Shown: in pieces, positions 1 through 7,633 of the stretch
Layout: every line of letters begins with the position of its first letter
Position numbering within the stretch: the first letter of the stretch is position 1
Origin: Thermodesulfobacteriota bacterium
Lineage (GTDB): Bacteria > Desulfobacterota > Deferrimicrobia > Deferrimicrobiales > Deferrimicrobiaceae
Direction of reading: 5' to 3'
Assembly (NCBI GenBank): GCA_040758155.1
Contig: JBFLWB010000144.1
Span: 5,481 to 69,480 of the forward strand
Length of the DNA stretch: 64,000 nt
The notes under the pieces: model-generated
The model's database searches: none
What the model was told of the DNA's origin: nothing
Seen by the model: the letters and a program-made list of their open reading frames with translations, nothing else
Made by a program: the position numbers and the translations under genes

Positions 1-2
1 TG

Positions 3-1019
3 TGGGCATCGGAAACGCCGGAAGGGGAAGCGGCTCCGGCCGGCCGGTGCGAGGTGGGCCCTTCCGGCAGGTCGGACACGGAGCTCCTGGACGCGTATTC
101 GCGCGCCGTCACCGGCGTCGTGGAGGCGGTCGGGCCCGCGGTCGTCAGCGTGAACGTCGGGAGGGACGCGCCGGACGGGAGCGGAGTGGAGCCGATCGGC
201 GCGGGGTCGGGCGTCCTGCTGACGCCCGACGGGTATGTCCTCACCAATCACCATGTGGTCCAGGAGAGCGGCAGGGTCCTCCTGACGCTCATGGACGGGA
301 CGCGTCTGGGCGCGGTCGCCGTCGGCTCGGACCCTCCGAACGATCTGGCGGTCGTGCGCGCCAACGGCTCGGGACTTCCCTATGCGGCCCTCGGCGATTC
401 CTCCGCGCTCAAGGTGGGGCAGCTCGTCATCGCCATCGGGAACCCGCTGGGGTTCCAGTCGAGCGTCTCCACAGGGGTCGTCAGCGCCACGGGGCGCGCA
501 ATGCGCAGCCGCGATCACCGGCTGATCGAGAATGTCATCCAGCACACGGCCCCTCTGAACCCGGGAAACTCCGGCGGGCCGCTGGTGGACTCGCGGGGGC
601 GCGTCGTCGGGATCAACACGGCGATCATCGCCGCCGCCCAGGGGATCGGCTTTGCGGTGCCTTCCAACACGGCGCGCCACGTGGTGTCGCAGATCCTGGC
701 GCACGGCAGGGTCCGCAGGGGGTATCTCGGCATCACCGGGCGGAGGAGGGAGATCGAGCGGCGCATCGTCCGCCACCTGGCGCTTTCGAAGGAGTCGGGG
801 GTGGAGGTGATGACGCTGGACCCCGACGGCCCGGCGGGGGTCGCGGGGATCGTCTCGGGGGACATCGTTCTCGGGATGAACGGGAAGCCGGTGGAAAGCG
901 TCGACGACCTCCACCGCCTCCTGTCGGAAACGGAAGAGAGATACCTCGCGCGGATCGAACTGCTGCGGGGCGCCGAGCGCAGGACCGTGGAGGTCCTGGT
1001 GGGGGAGTCGAAGGAGTGA
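3..1019 (+). CDS. HtrA/DegP-family periplasmic serine endoprotease (trypsin-like domain plus PDZ), 5' end truncated by the window edge
   Basis: The frame is open back to the window start. Catalytic motifs TNHHVV (His), DLAVV (Asp) and GNSGGPL (Ser) are present. The C-terminal GYLGI...GDIVLGMNGKPV segment is PDZ-like. Confidence 0.85.
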   Translation, partial: WASETPEGEAAPAGRCEVGPSGRSDTELLDAYSRAVTGVVEAVGPAVVSVNVGRDAPDGSGVEPIGAGSGVLLTPDGYVLTNHHVVQESGRVLLTLMDGTRLGAVAVGSDPPNDLAVVRANGSGLPYAALGDSSALKVGQLVIAIGNPLGFQSSVSTGVVSATGRAMRSRDHRLIENVIQHTAPLNPGNSGGPLVDSRGRVVGINTAIIAAAQGIGFAVPSNTARHVVSQILAHGRVRRGYLGITGRRREIERRIVRHLALSKESGVEVMTLDPDGPAGVAGIVSGDIVLGMNGKPVESVDDLHRLLSETEERYLARIELLRGAERRTVEVLVGESKE

Positions 1020-1023
1020 TCCG

Positions 1024-1488
1024 TCAGTTCGGGACGGGATCCCCCGCCTTCACGACGAAGCAGGTCCCCCGGATGCCGATGGTGGCCGTGGGGGTTTCGA
1101 ACCGGACCGATTCCGGAGAAAGCTTTCCGATCAGCCCGGACATGTAGGCCATGGTGCCCCGGGCGAGACGGGCGAAAAGGGCCATCCTGCCGTCGGCGGG
1201 CGAGAAGAGGAACTTACCGATGACCATGTCGCTTCGAGGCCCGAGGGAGAGACTCGAGTTGTCGCGCAGGATGACTCCCACCGAGCCGTCGGCTCCCGTC
1301 CTCAAGATGTCCCCCATTTCGATCCTGGAGCCCACGGCGGCGGGAAAGCTTTTCTCTCCGCGGATGATGCTCGCCTCGCCCTTCGATACCCGGACGATCC
1401 CGATCGTGTCTTCCCGTGGCGGGGACGCGCCCCACGAGACGATCGGCAGCGCCGCCAGCAGGACCGTAGCCAACAGGAATCGTCTCAT
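1024..1488 (-). CDS. Secreted FecR-domain protein (paralog of 31416..31892)
   Basis: A signal peptide (MRRFLLATVLLAALPIVSWGAS) is followed by a FecR-type beta-rich domain (GDILRTGADGSVGVILRDNSSLSLGP...ETPTATIGIRGT). A longer ORF to 1530 is possible. The C-terminal 45 aa are nearly identical to the second copy. Confidence 0.7.
   Translation of the reverse strand: MRRFLLATVLLAALPIVSWGASPPREDTIGIVRVSKGEASIIRGEKSFPAAVGSRIEMGDILRTGADGSVGVILRDNSSLSLGPRSDMVIGKFLFSPADGRMALFARLARGTMAYMSGLIGKLSPESVRFETPTATIGIRGTCFVVKAGDPVPN
1041..1182. repeat. About 140-nt segment with roughly 75-80% nucleotide identity (by eye) to 31431..31575, covering the 3' ends of the two FecR-like genes
   Basis: Direct comparison by eye of ...cttcacgacgaagcaggtcccccggatgccgatggtggccgtggg... 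against ...cttcacggcgaagtgggttccccggatgccgatggtggtcgtggg... Confidence 0.8.
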
Positions 1489-1633
1489 CCCATCCCTCCG
1501 GCGGGATCCGGGCGGCATGCCTCGTTCCATCTATTCCGCCCGTTCCCACGGAAGGATCTTGAAAAAAATGTGCCAAGCGGTCCGAAACGCGAATACTCGT
1601 TAAAACGCAGGCTTACGAGAGCGAGGGGCAGGG

Positions 1634-2815
1634 ATGAAAACAAATAACGGCAAGCCGGCAGGACCGTTTCCCGAAAAAAGCCGAAAAACGTCACATCCCC
1701 CCGGGATCCTCGCCCTGCCCGCGGCCGTAGTCGCCCTGTCCATCCTCTGGTCCGCCGGATGCCTCGCGAAAACGCCTGCGCCCATGGGGGAGATCCGGCT
1801 GCCGCCGGGATTTTCGATCTCCCTGTACGCCTCCGTGCCCAATGCCCGGTCGATGACCCTCGGAGACGGGGGAATCCTCTACGTGGGGACGCGGAGAGGG
1901 GATGGATCGGTCTACGCGGTGCTTCCGGAGAAATCGGCGGACGGGACGCGGCGCGTCGTACGGATCGCGCGGGGGCTGAACACTCCCAACGGCGTGGCGT
2001 TCCGCGACGGCGCGCTGTACGTCGCGGAGATCCGCCGCGTTCTCCGGTACGACGGGATCGGCGCCCGCCTCGACAATCCGCCGGAACCGGTCGTCGTGAA
2101 CGACGGGTTTCCGGCCGACAAGCACCACGGATGGAAGTTCATCCGTTTCGGCCCGGACGGGCTGCTGTACGTTCCCGTCGGAGCGCCGTGCAACGTCTGC
2201 GACCGGGACGACCCGCGGTTCGCGTCGATCCTGCGGATGCGCCCCGACGGGAAAGGGCTGGAGGTCTTCGCGCGGGGCGTGCGCAACACGGTCGGCTTCG
2301 ACTGGAATCCCGCCACGAAGGAGCTCTGGTTCACCGACAACGGCCGCGACTGGCTCGGAGACGACATCCCGCCGGACGAACTGAACCGCGCATCGAAGCA
2401 GGGGCTCCATTTCGGCTTCCCCTACCTGCACGGGAATACGGTGCGCGATCCGGAACACTGGGAAAACCGGGGGAGCAGGGAATTCACCCTCCCGGAATGG
2501 GAGCTTCCCGCCCACGTCGCCTCGCTCGGGATGCGGTTCTACACCGGAGAGATGTTTCCGAAGGAATACCGGGGGCAGATCTTCATCGCGGAGCACGGCT
2601 CCTGGAACCGTTCGGTCCCTCAGGGGTACAGGGTCTCCCTGGTCCGCCTCTCGGGGGGCAGGGCGGTCGCGTACGAAACGTTCGCCGACGGGTGGCTCCG
2701 GAAAGGGGAGGCGTGGGGGCGCCCCGTCGACCTCGAAGTGATGCCCGACGGCTCCCTCATGGTATCGGACGACATGTCCGGATCGATCTACCGGATCGCA
2801 TACGGGGGAAAATGA
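1634..2815 (+). CDS. PQQ-dependent soluble sugar (glucose/sorbosone) dehydrogenase, beta-propeller, secreted
   Basis: The YliI/GSDH-family pattern is present (GLNTPNGVAF, LYVAE, DGLLYVPVGAPCNVCD, ELWFTDNGRDWLGDDIPPDELN, HYGFPY-like), after an N-terminal signal/TM segment. Confidence 0.8.
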   Translation: MKTNNGKPAGPFPEKSRKTSHPPGILALPAAVVALSILWSAGCLAKTPAPMGEIRLPPGFSISLYASVPNARSMTLGDGGILYVGTRRGDGSVYAVLPEKSADGTRRVVRIARGLNTPNGVAFRDGALYVAEIRRVLRYDGIGARLDNPPEPVVVNDGFPADKHHGWKFIRFGPDGLLYVPVGAPCNVCDRDDPRFASILRMRPDGKGLEVFARGVRNTVGFDWNPATKELWFTDNGRDWLGDDIPPDELNRASKQGLHFGFPYLHGNTVRDPEHWENRGSREFTLPEWELPAHVASLGMRFYTGEMFPKEYRGQIFIAEHGSWNRSVPQGYRVSLVRLSGGRAVAYETFADGWLRKGEAWGRPVDLEVMPDGSLMVSDDMSGSIYRIAYGGK

Positions 2816-2893
2816 AGAAGGAAGCGGCCGTCCGGCCGCGCCCGGCGCGGCGGAGATCCGCCTGCCGGGGCGACAGGGCCGGCCGCCGGTGCG

Positions 2894-3337
2894 TCAGGCG
2901 ACCCTTTCCTCCGGCCTGAGCTCGATCTGCTTCTCCATAAGCGCCATGTCGAAGAGGTGGGTGACCGATTCCACCGTTCCCTCCTCCCCGACATCGACCG
3001 TCATGGTCACGGGGACGTCGATCTTCTTCCCGGTCGGGAAGATCGTCCCCCCCGGCGTGTCGATCGGACCTTCGTGGGTCCCGGTCCACTTCAAGATGAA
3101 GCTCGCGGTCTTGCCGTAGTCCGACATGTCCTTGATCTCTATCTTCGAATCGGGGAAAGAGGCTCCCCATTCCTGCATGATGGTCATGAACCTCTTGATG
3201 CCGTGCGTTTTCCTGCGCGTGGGAATCTCGTCCAGGACGATCCTCCAGTCGGACAGGGCCCACAACCCGGCCCAGTCCTTCTTCGCGTACGCTTCAACGA
3301 ACGCCTTCGCGATGTCGACCGGCAACTTCTCCGACAT
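2894..3337 (-). CDS. SnoaL-like/NTF2-fold ester cyclase family protein
   Basis: A 147-aa ORF with an ester-cyclase-like N-terminus (VAKAFVEAYAKKDWAGL, DWRIVLDEIP). Its GC content is visibly lower than that of neighbouring genes. Confidence 0.55.
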   Translation of the reverse strand: MSEKLPVDIAKAFVEAYAKKDWAGLWALSDWRIVLDEIPTRRKTHGIKRFMTIMQEWGASFPDSKIEIKDMSDYGKTASFILKWTGTHEGPIDTPGGTIFPTGKKIDVPVTMTVDVGEEGTVESVTHLFDMALMEKQIELRPEERVA

Positions 3338-3435
3338 TTCGTCCTCCTGACGCCTCTTGAGATGTCATGGTCACGGATTGACGGCTCGCCGATACCTCAA
3401 AATAGGATTATTCTCGATATCGCAACGGTTCGGTC

Positions 3436-3620
3436 TAAACCCGCATTTCTCTCCAGCCTCCTACTGCGGCGGCGGATACGGGCATGTCTACTGCGTTGCG
3501 CTCGGTCGGGCTCCTCGACGCACTTTCAAGTGCGCCTCCGGGGCCCTCGGTCGCGACGCCTTGTAGCCACGCCCGTCTCCACCGCCTCGCTACGGACGCT
3601 GGTGAGAAATGCGGGTTTTA
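3436..3620 (+). ncRNA. Candidate structured small RNA, rod-shaped with a 6S-RNA-like architecture, in an otherwise non-coding 335-nt gap
   Basis: A 22-bp near-perfect inverted repeat (TAAACCCGCATTTCTCTCCAGC ... GCTGGTGAGAAATGCGGGTTTTA) closes a ~140-nt GC-rich segment. The interior folds by hand into consecutive stems (ACGGGC/GCCCGU, CUAC/GUAG, GCGUUGCG/CGCGACGC, GGGCUCC/GGGGCCC, apical GCAC-UUUCAA-GUGC) with an internal loop flanked by a CUCGGUC direct repeat. The 3' arm is followed by UUUUAAAGUUUU. Strand assignment is tentative. Confidence 0.35.
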
Positions 3621-3672
3621 AAGTTTTCCGGTGTCTTGCCGATGAATCATCCGGACCGGAAGGAGGCCATCC

Positions 3673-4068
3673 TTGGGATCCGAGGGGAAGCGAAAAGTCC
3701 TGTTGATGGACGACGAGGAAATGGTGAGGTCGGTCGTCGGAGAAATGCTGAAGATGTTCGGTCACGAGGTGGAGTTCGCCAGGGACGGTAAGGAAGCCAT
3801 CGACCTGTACGTGAAGGCGAAGGAATCCGACCAGCCCTTCTCCGCGGTGATCGTCGACCTGAACGTCCCCGGCGGGATGGGGGGGAGGGAGGCCGTGGAG
3901 GAGCTCCGCAGGATCGACTCCGGCCTGAAAGCCGTCGTCTCCAGCGGTCATTCGAGCGACCCCGTCGTGACGAACTACCGGGAATACGGCTTCGACGCCG
4001 TGATCTCCAAGCCGTTCCGCGTCTCGGATCTCGGCGACACCCTGCGGATGCTGGATTGCGGGCCCTGA
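3673..4068 (+). CDS. Stand-alone response regulator receiver (CheY-like) protein
   Basis: REC-domain hallmarks are present: LLMDDEE acidic pocket, phospho-acceptor Asp in VIVDLNVPGGMGG, and SSGHS ... KPF. Confidence 0.85.
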   Translation: MGSEGKRKVLLMDDEEMVRSVVGEMLKMFGHEVEFARDGKEAIDLYVKAKESDQPFSAVIVDLNVPGGMGGREAVEELRRIDSGLKAVVSSGHSSDPVVTNYREYGFDAVISKPFRVSDLGDTLRMLDCGP

Positions 4069-4080
4069 CGCCCCGCCGCG

Positions 4081-4383
4081 CTAACTCTCCAGCTTTTCCC
4101 TGACGGCCTGCAGTTTCCCCTCGATCGTTCCCTTCTTGTCGCGCCGGTCGTCGATCCGGATCGAGGTCGACACCCGCATGGCCCCTTCGCCGAAGGGCTG
4201 CTCGTGCATTTTCCTGAGGACGGGCAGGATCGCGTCGAGGTCGCCCTCGATGATCGTTCCCATCGCGGTCAGCTCGTGCTTGAGACCGCTGTCGCGGAGC
4301 ACCCGCTCCACCCCGGCCACAAAGCGGGAAACGCTCGGCGTGGCGGTCCCGAGCGGGACCACGGTGACGAATACGACGGCCAT
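4081..4383 (-). CDS. MTH1187/YkoF-family (UPF0045) small protein
   Basis: MAVVFVTVVPLGTATPSVSRFVAGVERVLRDSGLKHELTAMGTIIEGDLD matches the MTH1187/YkoF ferredoxin-like fold family. An internal Met is chosen as the start over the longer ORF to 4425. Confidence 0.65.
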   Translation of the reverse strand: MAVVFVTVVPLGTATPSVSRFVAGVERVLRDSGLKHELTAMGTIIEGDLDAILPVLRKMHEQPFGEGAMRVSTSIRIDDRRDKKGTIEGKLQAVREKLES

Positions 4384-4444
4384 GGACGACCTCCGTTCCG
4401 ATCGGTTTTCCTGGAAATGTATCATGAATCGCGGCCGGGCATTC

Positions 4445-5215
4445 CTACCCCCGCCGGGACGGCTTCCGCCGCGCGGCGGCGCTCCCGCGGGCGCCGGGCG
4501 TCTCCTGCCCGCGGATGAACCGGGCGAGGCGGCCCACGTTCACCCGAAGGTACTTCCCGTCGCGGCGGGCCATCCCCATCCTGCGGAACCTGCCGAGCTG
4601 CGTCGTCACGGTTTCCCGCGTGGTGCCGATCAGGTTCGCAAGCTCTTCGTGGGTCAGGCGGACCGCGATCTCCGTGCCTCCCGGGGCCTTCACGCCGTGC
4701 TCCCCGGCGAGCCGCAGGAGGATCCTGGCCAGGCGGTGATAGGACCAGGTGTGGCCGAAACTCGCGTACTCCTGCTCGACCTTCGCGAGGCGCCTGGAAA
4801 GGATGCGGATGAAATTCATGGAGAACGCGGGGACCGTCGCCAGCAGTCGCTCGAGCGCGCGCCTGGGAAGGGCGGCGACCTCGGAGTCCTTCCCGGCGAG
4901 GGCCGTGAACGTCCGCCGGTCCTCGGAGAACAGGAGCTCCCCGAAGATCGCGCCGGGCGGGAGCATGTGAAGGATCGTCTCCGTTCCGCGCCCGGAATGG
5001 GAGACCAGCTTGACCATCCCATCCTTCACGATGAAGAGCGCGTCGCCGGAATCTCCCCGCTCGAAGATCACGCGGCCCTTCGGATATTTCCGTTCCGTGA
5101 ACAGGGGGAGGATCCTGTCCAGCTCCGCCTTCTCCATCCCGAGGAACAGGTCGTTCGCCGTGATGACGGAAAGCCCCATGGAATCCAATTTATCGCCCTT
5201 CCGGGGGAAGAGCAA
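4445..5215 (-). CDS. Crp/Fnr-family transcriptional regulator (cNMP-binding domain plus C-terminal HTH)
   Basis: A cNMP-binding beta-roll (GDSGDALFIVKDGMVKL, FGELLF) is followed by a C-terminal HTH (LTHEELANLIGTTRETVTTQLGRFRRMG). There is no Fnr-type N-terminal Cys cluster. The start could be the internal Met at 5179. Confidence 0.85.
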   Translation of the reverse strand: MLFPRKGDKLDSMGLSVITANDLFLGMEKAELDRILPLFTERKYPKGRVIFERGDSGDALFIVKDGMVKLVSHSGRGTETILHMLPPGAIFGELLFSEDRRTFTALAGKDSEVAALPRRALERLLATVPAFSMNFIRILSRRLAKVEQEYASFGHTWSYHRLARILLRLAGEHGVKAPGGTEIAVRLTHEELANLIGTTRETVTTQLGRFRRMGMARRDGKYLRVNVGRLARFIRGQETPGARGSAAARRKPSRRG

Positions 5216-5324
5216 TCCGGTCGGGGGCTATCATCCGGAATTGTGAAAGGTTTCACAGAACGGTTCCTGCGCGGAGAATTACGCTTTCCTTATGCAGACG
5301 CCATGAAGGCGAAAGGGGATCGCG

Positions 5325-6233
5325 ATGGAAAACGAAAGCGGGAGAGGATTCGGCTCCCTTTACATAAACGAAAGGGAAGGCAAGCCGCGGAAAAGGGGAG
5401 TGACGGAGATCCGGGGTCCGTATTACACGCCCCTCGGGAAGCGGGCGCTCCAGGACATCCTGGAAACGATGGGCGAGTACGTGGACATCTTCAAGTTCAG
5501 CGGCGGCTCTTTCGTCCTCATGCCGGAGAAGTCGGTCCGCGACCTGATCGATCTCTGCCACGGGGACGACGTCCTCGTGTCCACGGGCGGGTTCATCGAG
5601 CACGTGCTGACGATGGGGCCGGATGTCGTGGACCGGTACCTCGAGGAGTGCCGGCGGGTGGGATTTGACATCGTGGAGGTATCTTCGGGGTTCATCTCGA
5701 TCCCCGACGACGACCTCGTCCGCCTCGTTGAGAAGGTCCGCGGGCTCGGGATGCTGCCGAAGCCCGAGGTCGGGATCCAGTTCGGGGCCGGCGGCGCAAG
5801 CCCCGCCGCGGAGCTGGAAGCCGAGGGGGTGGCGGACCCGGACCGGGCGATCCGCCAGGCGAAGCGGTACCTGGACGCGGGGGCCCACCTGGTGATGATC
5901 GAGTCGGAGGGGATCACCGAAAACGTCAAGGCATGGCGCACCGGCGTCCCGGCCCGGTTCATCCGGGAGCTCGGGCTGGAAAACGTGATGTTCGAGGCGG
6001 CCGACCCGGACGTGTTTTCCTGGTACGTGAAGTCGTACGGCCCGGAGGTGAACCTGTTCGTGGACCACTCCCAGATCGTGCAGCTCGAATGCCTGCGCTC
6101 CGGTATCTGGGGAACCGCGGGAACGTGGGGCCGCGTGGTCACCTATAAAGTGCCCGCGAGAGGGCGCGCGGCGCCCGCGGCGGGCGTGCGGCAGCTGAAG
6201 GTCGCGGCGAAGGTCCGGGGGAAGGCGGCATGA
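5325..6233 (+). CDS. comA: (2R)-phospho-3-sulfolactate synthase (ComA) family protein
   Basis: Aligns by eye with archaeal ComA across its length (YVDIFKFSGGSFVL, VLVSTGGFIEHVL, GFDIVEVSSGFISIPDDD, YLDAGAHLVMIESEGIT, NVMFEAADPDVFSWYVKSYGPEVNLFVDHSQIVQLECLRSG). Confidence 0.8.
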   Translation: MENESGRGFGSLYINEREGKPRKRGVTEIRGPYYTPLGKRALQDILETMGEYVDIFKFSGGSFVLMPEKSVRDLIDLCHGDDVLVSTGGFIEHVLTMGPDVVDRYLEECRRVGFDIVEVSSGFISIPDDDLVRLVEKVRGLGMLPKPEVGIQFGAGGASPAAELEAEGVADPDRAIRQAKRYLDAGAHLVMIESEGITENVKAWRTGVPARFIRELGLENVMFEAADPDVFSWYVKSYGPEVNLFVDHSQIVQLECLRSGIWGTAGTWGRVVTYKVPARGRAAPAAGVRQLKVAAKVRGKAA

Positions 6234-7627
6234 GCCCCCGGGGCGGGGCCGATTCGGCCCGTCTTCTCCACGGGCGGACGCGGCTCCAGGAACTGTCGAC
6301 GTTCGTGCACCGGGCGGAATGGGACGGCATCTCCCGCGCCGCCCGGAAGGCGCTCAAGATCAGAGTGCTCGATTCCCTCGGGTGCGCCTGGGGCGCCATG
6401 GAGGCCGGACCGATCCGGAAGATCCGGCGGCACGTGGCGGAGTTCGGCGGCAAGCCGCTCTGCACGCTCATCGGGGGCGGCCGGACGTCGCCCGACCGGG
6501 CTGCGTTCTACAATTCCGCTCTGATCCGCTACCTCGATTTCAACGACAGCTACCTCGCGAAGGGGGAGACGTGCCACCCCAGCGACAACCTGGGGGCCGT
6601 GCTGGCGGCGGCGGAATACGCGGGGATCTGCGGGAGAGAGCTGCTCGCCTCCCTCGCGGCGGCGTACCAGGTGCAGTGCCGCCTGTCGGACGTCGCCCCG
6701 CTGCGCGCCCGCGGTTTCGACCACGTCACGCAGGGCGTCATCGCCGCGGCGGCGGGGGCGGGGAGGGCCCTGTCGCTCGACGAGGAACAGCTGGCGAACG
6801 CCCTGGCGATCGCGGCGACCGCGAACAACGCGGTGCGCGCCACCCGGACGGGGGAGCTCTCCCACTGGAAGGGGCTGGCCGCCCCCAACGCGGCGTTCAA
6901 CGGGCTGCGCGCCGCCTTCCTCGCGAAGGAGGGGATCACCGGGCCCGCCGGCGCCTTCGAGGGGCCGAAAGGGTGGATGCAGGTCGTCTCCGGGCCGTTC
7001 GAGATCGATTGGGAGGGCGAGGGGCTGGAGCGTGTGAGCCGCACCGTCCTGAAGAAATACAACGCGGAGATCCACTCCCAGTCCGCGATCGAGGGGCTGC
7101 TCGGCATGATGGAGGCGGAGCGGTTCACGGGCCGGCAGATCGCGCGGATCCGCGTGGAGATCTTCGACGTCGCCTTCCTGATCATCGGGGGAGGCGCCGA
7201 GGGGGACAAGACGGTCGTGCGGACGAAGGAGGAGGCAGACCACAGCCTTCCCTACATCCTGGCCGTGGCCGCGCTGGACGGGGAGGTGACCCCCGCGCAA
7301 TATGCGCCGGAGCGGATCCTGCGGGACGATGTCCAGGAGCTTCTCCGGAAGGTGGAGGTCGTGCCGGATCCCGTCTTTTCCGCCCGTTTTCCGGAGGAGC
7401 ATGCCTGCCGCCTGACCGTCGCCCTGAGAGACGGCCGGATCCTCACCCGGGAGAAGACCGACTACGAGGGTTTCCACACCCGGCCGATGTCCATGGACGG
7501 GGCCGCCGGGAAGTTCCGCCGGGTCGCGGACGGCTCTCTGGATCCCGCGCGGATGGAGTCCGTCATCCAGGCGGTTTCCGGGATGGAGAACCTCACGGCG
7601 AGGGAGCTGGCCGGCTTTCTCGTGTAG
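6230..7627 (+). CDS. MmgE/PrpD-family protein (2-methylcitrate dehydratase-like)
   Basis: A 465-aa protein with MmgE/PrpD-family length and motifs (IRYLDFNDSY, GAVLAAAEYAG, HWKGLAAPNAAFNGLRAAFLAKEG). Its ATG overlaps the comA stop (ATGA). Confidence 0.8.
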   Translation: MSPRGGADSARLLHGRTRLQELSTFVHRAEWDGISRAARKALKIRVLDSLGCAWGAMEAGPIRKIRRHVAEFGGKPLCTLIGGGRTSPDRAAFYNSALIRYLDFNDSYLAKGETCHPSDNLGAVLAAAEYAGICGRELLASLAAAYQVQCRLSDVAPLRARGFDHVTQGVIAAAAGAGRALSLDEEQLANALAIAATANNAVRATRTGELSHWKGLAAPNAAFNGLRAAFLAKEGITGPAGAFEGPKGWMQVVSGPFEIDWEGEGLERVSRTVLKKYNAEIHSQSAIEGLLGMMEAERFTGRQIARIRVEIFDVAFLIIGGGAEGDKTVVRTKEEADHSLPYILAVAALDGEVTPAQYAPERILRDDVQELLRKVEVVPDPVFSARFPEEHACRLTVALRDGRILTREKTDYEGFHTRPMSMDGAAGKFRRVADGSLDPARMESVIQAVSGMENLTARELAGFLV

Positions 7628-7633
7628 CCGCGC

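Noticed and set aside
2-1147. 381-aa ORF at the window start
   Set aside because: Out of frame with the HtrA gene and antisense to the FecR-like gene. Its 3' end merely mirrors the FecR repeat.
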